Assembly (NCBI RefSeq): GCF_003072485.1
Contig: NZ_CP025989.1
Span: 240,001-272,000 of the forward strand
DNA: 32,000 bases
Direction: 5' to 3'
From: Candidatus Fokinia solitaria
GTDB taxonomy: Bacteria; Pseudomonadota; Alphaproteobacteria; Rickettsiales; Midichloriaceae
Shown here: piece after piece, positions 7,330 through 16,607 of the stretch
Position numbering within the stretch: the first letter of the stretch is position 1
Layout: every line of letters begins with the position of its first letter
Notes under the pieces: generated by a model
Told to the model about the DNA's origin: nothing
Database searches by the model: none
The model's input: the letters and a program-made list of their open reading frames with translations, nothing else
Position numbers and translations under genes: made by a program

Positions 7330-9828
7330 ATGCAGAATAGCTTCTATAAGGTAGTTGCATTGATTGCGTTGTGTAGTATGCTTTCGATACTGTATTTTGG
7401 CTTTTCTGTTGACTTTATTGTAGTAAGAGAATCGATATATGAATCAATTGAGAAACGAGGATACAAGATTGCGGCGAGTGATCTACAGCTGTTTATTTCA
7501 TATTTTCCAGAAATAAGATTTTCAAATGCTCTACTATACGACAGTAAAAGTGAAAAAATTGTCACTGCTAAAGAAATACGTATTCAGTACAACATTTTTA
7601 CTTTTCTTGCCTCTATCTTTAATGAGCAAAAATATAAAATTACCATAACAGATGGCGATTTATATCTTAATTCTATCGTTAAAGAATTGCCTTCTACTGA
7701 GAATGTAGAGTTGCATAATGTGAAATTGATATATAGTTCATCTGATAAATTTCCCGATATTACAGTGCTTGATGGATATCAAAATGCTCACGACTTTCAG
7801 TATGAAGGAGAGATTCGCATGAAATCCGATCATGGCAAGTATAGTTTTTCTCTGACATTTGCTGATCAGAACATAGATATAACTCTAGCGAGTATGAAAA
7901 TTAGTTTTAAGAAGCATAATAAAAAGGATTTTGTGGAGATGATAATTTCCGATAAAGGTGAAGAAATAATGAAATATTTACTGAAATTTCAAAATAGTAA
8001 TGATGAAGCGTATATCAATCTTATGAAGATAAACAGCAAATCGCACGAATATTTATACGAAGAATGGGAAAATTTCCTACATGTTGATTTTAAAGAGAAT
8101 ATGATATTATCAAACTTGTCATTGCCGATAGAATTTCCTAATAATATCGATCTTGAAGAGATCTATAAAAATAGAGAATGGATACAGTTACTGAATGATT
8201 TTATATCGAATGCAGTACTGACAATGGCTGTAAAAGCAAGTATGGATTTACAATTTGTAGATGAAAAAGATGGTGCTACTTTAAGTGTTAATGTACTTTC
8301 TGACGAGCGTGGTAGCGCTTATAGTGCATCTTTTGATTCTAAAGACATTGCTCTTCATTCCGGTGGTTACGGATTCGAAGATGTTGATGGCATTGGCATA
8401 GCATTCGTCAATTCTAATCTTACATATAAGCTTGATAACGCTACATCGAATTGTAATATTTCCATTTTTCCATCATTTTTGTATTTATCCAATATCATTA
8501 TTGATGATAAGAATGCTAATACCTTTCGCACTCATATTGTAGCGCATCAAGGATGGAGAGGAGATGCAGAGTGGCTTATTGTGCATTCTACAGATAAGTT
8601 AATGCTTTCTTTGCAACACGATATTCTATCTGATTTTTTCTCATGCGCATATCTTACGGATTATGATACAACTGGTGAAACTTTCGCGCAGAAATGCCAA
8701 TATCTGCAACTCTTAAGAGATGTAAAAGATCAGATACATTTTTATTTAATTGCAGATCATGTGACGTTACAGCAATCGGAAGATAACGGCATATTATTGC
8801 ATGTGATTGCAGAAAAAGATGGCATTTCGGGAGAATTTTCACAATTAAGTGAAGAGCGTGAACTTTTAAGTACTATGAATTTTGCAATTTCTGTTGCTAA
8901 ATATAGACCTAGTTTTGCTTTAAATGGAGATATTAAATATGTAAATCTCAATTTTATACCTTCTACTCTGTCGAAGTTTCTAGCTGATGCGAGTAGTTAT
9001 AAAAAGCTTTCTCCGGAAGTAATTGCTTTATCCAAAGATATAGATGCTGATGACGTAATACATTTGATGAATGTCGGATTTTTCGATCATCAAATAGATA
9101 TAAATTGCGATTCCGTCACTGGATGGTTTTTAGGTGATAACAGAATAAATAACGTAGTAATGCAATCTCAAAATGATGAGGGCATTATAACAATTCGTAA
9201 TTTACGTGGTAACTTTGATAATGGCGATTTCGATCTACAGGCTAATATTAGTTTAGCGCGAGACTTACCTCGTTATGAAATAGCTTTCGGAATATCGAAT
9301 ATTGATCCGTCGATTATATCACGATTTTTATTAGATGATAATACGGTAGTAGATGGCTTTATCAGCATTAACGGACTTATTAAAACTGAAGGGTTATATA
9401 AGCCATCATTTTATCGTGGTTTATCTGGACAAGTAACGATGCAAGGAAAAGCGATATCGATATATAATTTGGATATATTATCTTTTATTAAATACGTTAA
9501 TAGTATTACTGCTGCAAATTTTGATAAAGACAAAGCGATTCAGTTGCTAAATCGAAATAAGACGTATTTTGAAGACGCTAGTTGTACTATAGAGATTGAC
9601 AACGGTATAGGTATTGTTACTGATGGCGCTGTGCACGCAAACGGTATTAGCGGCTCTTATGCTGTTACTTGGGCATTATGGGAGAAAATGCTTAAATTAC
9701 AATGGCAATTCTCTTTTATTAATAACAAAGCAAAACCAGTATACTTACCGTTAGAAATTGAAGGTAAGATACCAGTCTTTAGTATATATTACGACTTTCG
9801 CCGTATCTTCATAGATAGCAGTCAATGA
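7330..9828 (+). CDS. AsmA-like envelope protein (AsmA/YhdP/TamB-like superfamily)
   Basis: 832 aa; single N-terminal TM; beta-rich body; C-terminal DNTVVDGFISINGLIKTEGLYKPSFYRGLSGQVTMQGKAISIYNLDILSFIKYV...IDNGIGIVTDGAVHANGISGSY resembles AsmA C-terminal regions. Confidence 0.72.
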   Translation: MQNSFYKVVALIALCSMLSILYFGFSVDFIVVRESIYESIEKRGYKIAASDLQLFISYFPEIRFSNALLYDSKSEKIVTAKEIRIQYNIFTFLASIFNEQKYKITITDGDLYLNSIVKELPSTENVELHNVKLIYSSSDKFPDITVLDGYQNAHDFQYEGEIRMKSDHGKYSFSLTFADQNIDITLASMKISFKKHNKKDFVEMIISDKGEEIMKYLLKFQNSNDEAYINLMKINSKSHEYLYEEWENFLHVDFKENMILSNLSLPIEFPNNIDLEEIYKNREWIQLLNDFISNAVLTMAVKASMDLQFVDEKDGATLSVNVLSDERGSAYSASFDSKDIALHSGGYGFEDVDGIGIAFVNSNLTYKLDNATSNCNISIFPSFLYLSNIIIDDKNANTFRTHIVAHQGWRGDAEWLIVHSTDKLMLSLQHDILSDFFSCAYLTDYDTTGETFAQKCQYLQLLRDVKDQIHFYLIADHVTLQQSEDNGILLHVIAEKDGISGEFSQLSEERELLSTMNFAISVAKYRPSFALNGDIKYVNLNFIPSTLSKFLADASSYKKLSPEVIALSKDIDADDVIHLMNVGFFDHQIDINCDSVTGWFLGDNRINNVVMQSQNDEGIITIRNLRGNFDNGDFDLQANISLARDLPRYEIAFGISNIDPSIISRFLLDDNTVVDGFISINGLIKTEGLYKPSFYRGLSGQVTMQGKAISIYNLDILSFIKYVNSITAANFDKDKAIQLLNRNKTYFEDASCTIEIDNGIGIVTDGAVHANGISGSYAVTWALWEKMLKLQWQFSFINNKAKPVYLPLEIEGKIPVFSIYYDFRRIFIDSSQ

Positions 9829-9841
9829 AAAGATAGTACAA

Positions 9842-11260
9842 TTATTTAGCTTTTGTTGTGCTGAGATATTGTAAGTATGCTAGTGCACACGATGCTTTTC
9901 TAGATACTACATCTCCTTCTGCTCTGCTTGTTATGACGATGGGAATTTTAGCGCCAAGTACAATACCTATACTTTTTGCATCAGATAAGAAACTCATTTG
10001 TTTGAATAATATATTGCCGGATTCTATATCAGGTACTACGAATATATCTGCATCTCCCGCTACATCACTTTTTATGCCTTTTATAATTGCCGCTTCTTTA
10101 GAGATAGCATTATCAAAAGCTAATGGTCCGTCCACGATAGCATTTTTGATTTGTCCACGTTGCGACATTTTAGAGAGTATTGTCGCGTCTATTGTGGATT
10201 GCATTTTCATGTTTACAGTCTCTACTGCTGAGAGTATAGCAACTTTTGGCGTTCGAACGAATAATGTAATATACAGATCTACTGCATTTTGTACGATATC
10301 TACTTTTGCATTAAGATCAGGGGCGATGTTTACTACCGCATCTGTGATGAAAATAGGCTTCCGATAATTTGGAGTGCCCATAATAAATACGTGAGATACC
10401 TTTCTTGAAGTTCTGAGGTTATTTTCTTTTTCTAAAATTGCATGTAAAACATCATCGGTATGTATATTACCTTTTATGATGCAATTTATGCGCTGTTCTT
10501 TTGCTAAAAAAGCTCCTTTTGCAGCTGCTTCCTCATGTGTTTTTGCATCCATTATTTCTATGTCGCTTATATCAAGTTGCTTAGACTGTGCAACATCGAG
10601 AATCTTCTCTTTAGGGCCAATTAGTATAGGCTCTATAATACCATCTTTTTTCCCTTCATATGCTAATTCTAAGGATATATAATCCGTTGGAAAGATAATG
10701 GCTGAAGGCATTGGCTTTGTCGCTATTTTAGAAAGGCGTTCAAGCATTACTTCATATCCTTTTCCGAGTTTATCTTCTAACAATCTCAATTTAGGGAAAT
10801 TATGGATATTTTTCTCTATTGGTCGTGGCGGCAACGTCACAACAAGAGTGCCGTTACAGATTGCTATGTTATTGACGTAACCTGCAGTTTCGATCTTTAT
10901 TTCTCCAGTAGTATTATCAATGTCTTGTATAGTATATTCTACCTTGATTTTATCTCCTATTTTTATGCCGCAGACATTCTGTAGCCATTTAAAAGAAGTA
11001 GATTTATAGTTCAAACTTGCGCCAAAAATTTTTGTCTCAATATTTGAAAAAATGTATTGTAAGAATGTCAGATATACATATACAGAGGATATCTGTGAAT
11101 CGTAGGAAGCTGTTACGGGAGATATAAACGTCCAGTCCTTAGCATCTCCAAAAAGATGTGTGAGTATATTGATATCATTTTCATCTACAAGTTTCTCTTC
11201 TATCTTTTGCATGCCAAGTTTGCACTTTTCTATGGATAGCAGTTTACTATCATGTGGCAT
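9842..11260 (-). CDS. Bifunctional MaoC-like enoyl-CoA hydratase / phosphate acetyl(butyryl)transferase
   Basis: 472 aa; N-terminal MaoC/hotdog-like segment (LFGDAKDWTFISPVTASYDSQIS... GDKIKVEYTIQDIDNTTGEIKIETAGYVNN); C-terminal PTA/PTB (EPILIGPKEKIL, VSHVFIMGTPNYRKPIFITDAVVNIAPDLNAKVDIVQNAVDL, DGPLAFDNAIS, LGAKIPIVITSRA). Confidence 0.87.
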   Translation of the reverse strand: MPHDSKLLSIEKCKLGMQKIEEKLVDENDINILTHLFGDAKDWTFISPVTASYDSQISSVYVYLTFLQYIFSNIETKIFGASLNYKSTSFKWLQNVCGIKIGDKIKVEYTIQDIDNTTGEIKIETAGYVNNIAICNGTLVVTLPPRPIEKNIHNFPKLRLLEDKLGKGYEVMLERLSKIATKPMPSAIIFPTDYISLELAYEGKKDGIIEPILIGPKEKILDVAQSKQLDISDIEIMDAKTHEEAAAKGAFLAKEQRINCIIKGNIHTDDVLHAILEKENNLRTSRKVSHVFIMGTPNYRKPIFITDAVVNIAPDLNAKVDIVQNAVDLYITLFVRTPKVAILSAVETVNMKMQSTIDATILSKMSQRGQIKNAIVDGPLAFDNAISKEAAIIKGIKSDVAGDADIFVVPDIESGNILFKQMSFLSDAKSIGIVLGAKIPIVITSRAEGDVVSRKASCALAYLQYLSTTKAK

Positions 11261-11321
11261 TTTGAGTGTATATTCATACTTTCTACAAAAGTTATCTTAT
11301 GTAATAAATTTTTACAAGATG

Positions 11322-11846
11322 TTATCGATTTACTATCGCATTATAGATCTTAGAACATACTGTTTCGATATTTAGTTTGAAAATTTTATTTAAGATTGCG
11401 CTCTGTAAATTTACATTCATAGTGAAAGATACAGTAGTTGTATTTTCATCTCTTTTTTTCAATTTCCAACTTCCATTCATAGTGTGAAATAGCGAATCGT
11501 CGGATTGAATTTTCATTTCTATGAAAGATAAATGATGAGAATAACGATCTTCCATCTCTCTTATTCTATGCAAATTACATGCAACTTCCTGTAGTTGGAT
11601 ATTGCACATATTAGCATCAGTATAAAAAAAACATGTTACGCGTGACGTAAAGCTTTTATGGAAGATTTTCCACTTAAAATATACTGTACCGATAAATTCA
11701 CCATTCTTCGATTTATCAGATCTTTTATAGATTACTCTAGAGCAATACGGTATAAAATTTGAGTAATCCTCTATATTAGCGATTTTTTGAAAAATTGAGA
11801 AAATCTTATCTGATACATCTTTTTCCATAAATATAACATGCTTCAT
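11322..11846 (-). CDS. START/COQ10-RatA family protein (ubiquinone-binding or RatA-like)
   Basis: 174 aa; IFQKIANIEDYSNFIPYCSRVIYKRS (motif at start of COQ10/RatA proteins), FTSRVTCFF, GSWKLKKRDENTTTVSFTMNVNLQSAILNKIFKL. Confidence 0.85.
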   Translation of the reverse strand: MKHVIFMEKDVSDKIFSIFQKIANIEDYSNFIPYCSRVIYKRSDKSKNGEFIGTVYFKWKIFHKSFTSRVTCFFYTDANMCNIQLQEVACNLHRIREMEDRYSHHLSFIEMKIQSDDSLFHTMNGSWKLKKRDENTTTVSFTMNVNLQSAILNKIFKLNIETVCSKIYNAIVNR

Positions 11847-11911
11847 ATGTGAGCTATAATCAATTTTCTGAATAATATGTCGATGTTTTATTTTTTCACG
11901 TACTCTTCATA

Positions 11912-12514
11912 ATGAAGTTGAATTTTATAAGCGGTTACGATGCTTTACAATTCATAGAAGAGAAAATCGCTTCAAAAAAGACATACGTAATAAGCGGCAT
12001 TGATAACGGCGCAAAGAAGATCGGACTTGCGCGATTCATAAGTGTCACTGGAAATGTGGTACCATATGGCGCATTGTATAACAACAATGAAGTATCGCAA
12101 AAAATTACACATTTCATCAAAGAATCTATGCCAATTTGTTGCGTTATTGGAGTATGGTGTCCTAATGATGATAATACCGATAATACTGTTCGCTTGCATT
12201 CAAAGATATCGTGGAAACAGCTTCCAGAGATGACAAAAAAGCTTTTATGCGATATGCAAAAATTATCATGCGATGCAGAAGAGTTGAATGCTTTATACAG
12301 TTCTACGGAGAATTTATACACAATGAATAAACAACATCATGATAGCATTAACGTGACTTTTTTTGATGAAAGTATGACTACCGTATTAGCTAATCATAAA
12401 CTTAAAGACGTAGGATTATGTAGAAAAAAAAGAATACTATTGGACGATCAAATTGCTGCTATGGAGTTGTTAGAAAGGTTTGTATCGTTTTTCAAATTAC
12501 GCTCAAAAGTATAA
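11912..12514 (+). CDS. ruvX: RuvX/YqgF-family Holliday junction resolvase-like protein with an internal insertion
   Basis: 200 aa; ISGIDNGAKKIGLARFI, VTFFDESMTTVLANHKL, RKKRILLDDQIAAMELLERF. Catalytic-type Asp, Asp-Glu and Asp positions are present. Confidence 0.82.
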   Translation: MKLNFISGYDALQFIEEKIASKKTYVISGIDNGAKKIGLARFISVTGNVVPYGALYNNNEVSQKITHFIKESMPICCVIGVWCPNDDNTDNTVRLHSKISWKQLPEMTKKLLCDMQKLSCDAEELNALYSSTENLYTMNKQHHDSINVTFFDESMTTVLANHKLKDVGLCRKKRILLDDQIAAMELLERFVSFFKLRSKV

Positions 12515-12594
12515 ACTGCAGTGCAAACATATTTTGTAAATGTATTGATTGCTTATATTTTAGAAGTTATCCTAATACGGATATTAATTTTATT

Positions 12595-12792
12595 GTGGTG
12601 TGCATGGATATTATAGCGAGAAAAATTATAATGTTGTCCTTTTGTATTCTTTTAGGTGCAGTTCTTTGTGTTGGATGTAGTCAAGCTGGAGATCTAAGAA
12701 GTCCTTGCGCTGTAGGAGATACGATGTTTGGCATAGCTCATCATGTACCATGCATTAAAAGAGATGTAGAGATGAACGTTTACTTTATGTAA
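12595..12792 (+). CDS. Small putative lipoprotein
   Basis: 65 aa; signal-like hydrophobic stretch then Cys (IIMLSFCILLGAVLCVGCSQAGDLRSPCAVGD). Open frame fits the gap between ruvX and nhaA. Lipobox is imperfect (CVGC). Confidence 0.45.
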   Translation: MVCMDIIARKIIMLSFCILLGAVLCVGCSQAGDLRSPCAVGDTMFGIAHHVPCIKRDVEMNVYFM

Positions 12793-12810
12793 ATGTAATA
12801 CGCTTATTTA

Positions 12811-13887
12811 TTGATGAAATTAAAAGCGCTAATAGAAGAAAGAAACTGCTTAGTGCTGTTGCTCGCAGTATGTGGATTCGTAATCGCTAATCTCTGTCAT
12901 GATTTATACGAGAGAATCGTGAATGATATGCATATAGGACATGCTAGCGGTCATTTCTTGATGCCTGTGTACTTTATGCTAATTGGCATCGAGATGCGGA
13001 AAGAGATGGCTGTTGGTGGTATTCTTAGCTCTCGTCTCCGTATGGTATTTCCTCTTGTAATGGCTATCAGTGGCGTATTGCTTCCTGCTGTGATATATGC
13101 GACTGCAGCTTTCTTTATAAATATTAACGTGATCAACGGATGGGCAATACCTACTGCTACTGATATAGCATTTGCTACAACGATCTCCTTAGTACTGCAA
13201 GGGTTACGGAAAAATTCTAGAAAAATTCTTACAGCTATAGCGATATTTGACGATCTGATAGCTGTGCTTGTAGTTGCGATTTTTTACTCTAGTACGATAG
13301 AGGTGGGATATCTGCCATATATTATTATTTTAGCATGCTTTGCAAGTGTATTAAGTAAGTATATGAGTAATTTTACTGTATTATGGTTACTGTTATTCGG
13401 AGTACCTTTGTTTTGGCTAACATGGAAAAGTGGTATACACAGTACAGTTTGCGGATTTCTGATAGGTGTTTTAATGCCCTTTGACAAGAAAGCACATAGT
13501 ATCGAGAGGTTTCTACAACTTTCTGTGACATATGTGATACTCCCGCTTTTTGCGCTATGTAATACTGGTATTACGGTAAGCGTTGGAGAGCATTATGATG
13601 TTTTATGTATTACTTTTATTGCATTAATCTTAGGAAAGAATATAGGTATTTCTGCATCCGGACTGTTGATGTTGAAGCGGTACGACATAGGGTATGCAAT
13701 TAGTCGAAGTGATATTGTAATGATAGGAGCATTTTGCGGTATAGGATTTACCATGGGACTCTTTATTGCCACTCTTTCATTTGATGATATCAGCATACAA
13801 GACAGCGCGAAAGCAGGCGTAATACTTGGCTCTATTGCATCGGCTGCTGTATGCACTATAATATCGAAGTTAAAAAAGAAACATTAA
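12811..13887 (+). CDS. nhaA: Na+/H+ antiporter NhaA (ATG start probably 12814)
   Basis: 358 aa; HFLMPVYFMLIGIEMRKEM, GWAIPTATDIAFATTISL, LTAIAIFDDLIAVLVVAIFYS, GIGFTMGLFIATLSFDD. Confidence 0.95.
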   Translation: MMKLKALIEERNCLVLLLAVCGFVIANLCHDLYERIVNDMHIGHASGHFLMPVYFMLIGIEMRKEMAVGGILSSRLRMVFPLVMAISGVLLPAVIYATAAFFININVINGWAIPTATDIAFATTISLVLQGLRKNSRKILTAIAIFDDLIAVLVVAIFYSSTIEVGYLPYIIILACFASVLSKYMSNFTVLWLLLFGVPLFWLTWKSGIHSTVCGFLIGVLMPFDKKAHSIERFLQLSVTYVILPLFALCNTGITVSVGEHYDVLCITFIALILGKNIGISASGLLMLKRYDIGYAISRSDIVMIGAFCGIGFTMGLFIATLSFDDISIQDSAKAGVILGSIASAAVCTIISKLKKKH

Positions 13888-13892
13888 TCTTT

Positions 13893-14387
13893 CTATTCAC
13901 TTTTACCATTATTGCTTGTATCAGCGCTTTCATCTGTCTTTGCGTTATCAATACCGAAGATGTATTTACCGACTAACGATTCGATATTAACAGGAGGTTG
14001 AGTCCATTCAAACTTACCATCATCAGCAAGGTACTGATTACTGCTTCCTATGTTTAGATTAACATACTTATTTCCTATCAGTGAATCGCTTATAATTTCA
14101 GCTACTGAATCTGACGGTACTCTGATATTGCCTATAATTTCTATTTTCAATAGAGCAAGATAGTCTTCGTTGATGGAGATTTCACTTACTTTGCCTACTT
14201 TTACTCCTGCAATCTTCACGTCGCTTCCTACTTTTATTCCATCCACTCTTTCGAATTCAGCACGTAACGTATACTTAGATGTTTCCAGCATGGTAGTGTC
14301 ATGCTTAAATATCATGATGAGAGCGAATACGGTTAATGCCATTACTATAATTCCTATAGCAACATCAATAGACCTAGTATTATACAT
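13893..14387 (-). CDS. mlaD: MlaD-family phospholipid transport substrate-binding protein
   Basis: 164 aa; N-terminal TM and MCE domain: YTLRAEFERVDGIKVGSDVKIAGVKVGKVSEISI...SDSLIGNKYVNLNIG. Confidence 0.9.
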   Translation of the reverse strand: MYNTRSIDVAIGIIVMALTVFALIMIFKHDTTMLETSKYTLRAEFERVDGIKVGSDVKIAGVKVGKVSEISINEDYLALLKIEIIGNIRVPSDSVAEIISDSLIGNKYVNLNIGSSNQYLADDGKFEWTQPPVNIESLVGKYIFGIDNAKTDESADTSNNGKSE

Positions 14388-14900
14388 TTAAATGGTAAGA
14401 TTATTATTTTTTTGCAATTCTTTTAATATTTCTACTGTCCTATTGTAATCCAAGTGTTCATAGTAATGATCGTTTATCATTATTACAGGAGCGTTGATGC
14501 AACTGCCAAGACATTCGACTTCTACGACGGTAAACAACTCATCTTCCGATGTTTCACCTACTCCTATGCTTATTGTATCACGTATAGCATCGTAGATCAC
14601 CTGATTTCGACATAATGCACATACTACAGTTCTGCATATTTGTATAAGATACTTGCCAATCTTCTTAGAATGAAACATCGAATAAAATTCGGCAATCTCC
14701 TTCACATGAGAGACATTCATATGTAGTATTTCAGCGACTTGATCTAAAACTGCATCAGATATCCAATTATTATTTTGCTGTTGTCCAAGCCATAGCAAAG
14801 GCATTACTGCACTTCTTTGTTTTCCTTGAGGATATCTTGCTATTATTTTTCGAACAGCTTCCATATCGCTAAAGGAAAACTTTTCGCACTTGTCCTCCAT
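14388..14900 (-). CDS. nuoE: NADH-quinone oxidoreductase subunit E
   Basis: 170 aa; KRSAVMPLLWLGQQQ-like N-terminus, VKEIAEFYSMFHSKKIGKYLIQICRTVVCALC, EVECLGSCINAPVIMIND (2Fe-2S cysteine pattern CxxxxC...CxxxC). Confidence 0.93.
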   Translation of the reverse strand: MEDKCEKFSFSDMEAVRKIIARYPQGKQRSAVMPLLWLGQQQNNNWISDAVLDQVAEILHMNVSHVKEIAEFYSMFHSKKIGKYLIQICRTVVCALCRNQVIYDAIRDTISIGVGETSEDELFTVVEVECLGSCINAPVIMINDHYYEHLDYNRTVEILKELQKNNNLTI

Positions 14901-14908
14901 AATACTGA

Positions 14909-15508
14909 TTAAGATTTTGCTAGTTGTGCTTTTGCTGCAAGTATTTTACTTGCGATGCTTTTATCTATAAGTAGAAAGTTAGATTCAATTCTAAAACCGC
15001 CCATCATAGAATCATCTATAAGAAAAGTAGGTATGATTGAATTATTACATACCATTTGAGAAAAGTTTTTTATAAGGTGTGTTTTTACATCATCGCTTAT
15101 TACTCTTGCTGTAAAGATCGTAGCCTTCCTAAGATTTGCAAGTTTATGGAAGCTATCTATCGTGAGTTGGATAAAATGAGACATAAAAGAAAGCATTTTC
15201 CTTGCTACGAGTAAAGCGATAAAATCCTTCATCTCTTTTAGAAACTGACGTTCTGCATCATTCAACTTACTCTCATTACTAGAAAGATGACGTATAACAA
15301 GTTCGCCGACATTTTTTTGCACTTCTTTAGGTGCATGAATCGCTAAAAATCCACCACTGAGATAAATGCTGGAATGCGTTACATCTAGGATATTGTGGAG
15401 GAAGTGCAGCGCATTCGTGATGTCATTTTTCTGCAAATCAAATGTATTATTGCAAAAAACGTCACTTAATTTCTTCACATATGAAGGAACGGAACAAAGC
15501 GAACTCAT
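14909..15508 (-). CDS. atpH: Divergent F1Fo ATP synthase delta subunit
   Basis: 199 aa; C-terminal half fits OSCP/delta: ATIFTARVISDDVKTHLIKNF...IPTFLIDDSMMGGFRIESNFLLIDKSIASKILAAKAQL (cf. D.sliGGf.i..gd.v.D.Sv...L..L). N-terminal half is poorly recognisable. Confidence 0.75.
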   Translation of the reverse strand: MSSLCSVPSYVKKLSDVFCNNTFDLQKNDITNALHFLHNILDVTHSSIYLSGGFLAIHAPKEVQKNVGELVIRHLSSNESKLNDAERQFLKEMKDFIALLVARKMLSFMSHFIQLTIDSFHKLANLRKATIFTARVISDDVKTHLIKNFSQMVCNNSIIPTFLIDDSMMGGFRIESNFLLIDKSIASKILAAKAQLAKS

Positions 15509-15515
15509 CGCAGTA

Positions 15516-16061
15516 TTATTTAGCTGTAGAAATGCTAAAGTGAGAGTAAACTAAAATTACCCCTAAAACAATAGCTACATCAGCTAAATTGAAAGCGGGA
15601 TAATGATACTGATCGACGTATATATCTATGAAGTCTAACACGTACCCTCTTACTACTCTATCGTACGTATTACCGATTGCGCCTCCTACTATTAAACCTA
15701 TTCCAACGCGCGAAGCAATGTCATGCATCGAGATACTCCATGCGAATAACACGAAAGTTATCAGCAGTTGTAGTATGATAAATGGAGTTTGGTTATGAAA
15801 GAGAGAACTAAAGAAGCCGAACATTACTCCATGATTCTGAACGTTTACAATGTTGACGAAACAATCCATACCACGCACCTCAAGTGCGCCATGCGGTACA
15901 GCAACTTCGGATGCAGTCTTAGTAGTTGCGTCCAGCAAAAATGTAGAAAATGCTACAAACGCTACGAAACACGGTGCGATGCAATAACGTAACAGTACAT
16001 TGCTAATCTTCTTGCTCGTCTTCATTTTCCGATGAAAGAAGTGCATCTTCAAACTTTTCAT
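15516..16061 (-). CDS. lspA: Lipoprotein signal peptidase (signal peptidase II)
   Basis: 181 aa; NHGVMFGFF, GLIVGGAIGNTYDRVVRGYVLDFIDIYVDQYHYPAFNLADVAI. Start may be internal (MKTSKKI at 16025). Confidence 0.94.
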   Translation of the reverse strand: MKSLKMHFFHRKMKTSKKISNVLLRYCIAPCFVAFVAFSTFLLDATTKTASEVAVPHGALEVRGMDCFVNIVNVQNHGVMFGFFSSLFHNQTPFIILQLLITFVLFAWSISMHDIASRVGIGLIVGGAIGNTYDRVVRGYVLDFIDIYVDQYHYPAFNLADVAIVLGVILVYSHFSISTAK

Positions 16062-16377
16062 TAAATAAATCGTCTACCATTTCCTGTATCATGGTATCAT
16101 TACGCTTCTTCGCTATTTCTCTTTTTACATCTACGGGATCTTTCTTCTTCAGAAACCAGCGTGATTCAACTAGCTCTTGTATCATACCTTCTCGTATTTT
16201 TTCGATATCCACAAGTCCACTCTGTATTTCTGCTATCGCTATTGCCGTAGTTTTCCGTCCTTCCATTCCTGAGATTGCTGCGGGAGCGCCTCGAGAGAGT
16301 TGAGAAGCGCGGTAAGCTGCATACAGCACTACTTCGAACTGAGATAAGCTTTTCTTTGGTGTAATGGAATCACTCAT
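16003..16377 (-). CDS. rpoZ: DNA-directed RNA polymerase omega subunit
   Basis: 124 aa; NRFEVVLYAAYRASQLSRGA-type start (SQFEVVLYAAYRASQLSRGAPAAI), RKTTAIAIAEIQSGLVD. Confidence 0.88.
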   Translation of the reverse strand: MSDSITPKKSLSQFEVVLYAAYRASQLSRGAPAAISGMEGRKTTAIAIAEIQSGLVDIEKIREGMIQELVESRWFLKKKDPVDVKREIAKKRNDTMIQEMVDDLFNEKFEDALLSSENEDEQED

Positions 16378-16607
16378 GCTGTATTGAATATCGAAAAATG
16401 TATCAGCACATCAGCAGCAACTTTAACATATACGGAGAGTAAATCAATAGATTTTTATCGTATGACATTTGAGGCGATTTCAGAAAATACCGAATGACGT
16501 AAGGTAAAGTGATTTTGTGATCAATTTTTGAAAGCTATATGATGATCTTAGTGTAGGAAATTCACGAATATATCATGAAGGAGCTTGAGAATTCTGAGAC
16601 AGATATT

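Noticed and set aside
9858-10367. 169-aa plus-strand ORF
   Set aside because: Long but entirely antisense to the conserved phosphotransacetylase domain; translation shows no coherent family pattern.
11322-11846. RatA-like gene considered as half of a RatAB toxin-antitoxin system
   Set aside because: No RatB-like partner is adjacent, and COQ10/START proteins of this type are commonly ubiquinone-related housekeeping genes.
11935-12321. 128-aa minus-strand ORF
   Set aside because: Antisense to ruvX, whose catalytic motifs support the plus strand as coding.
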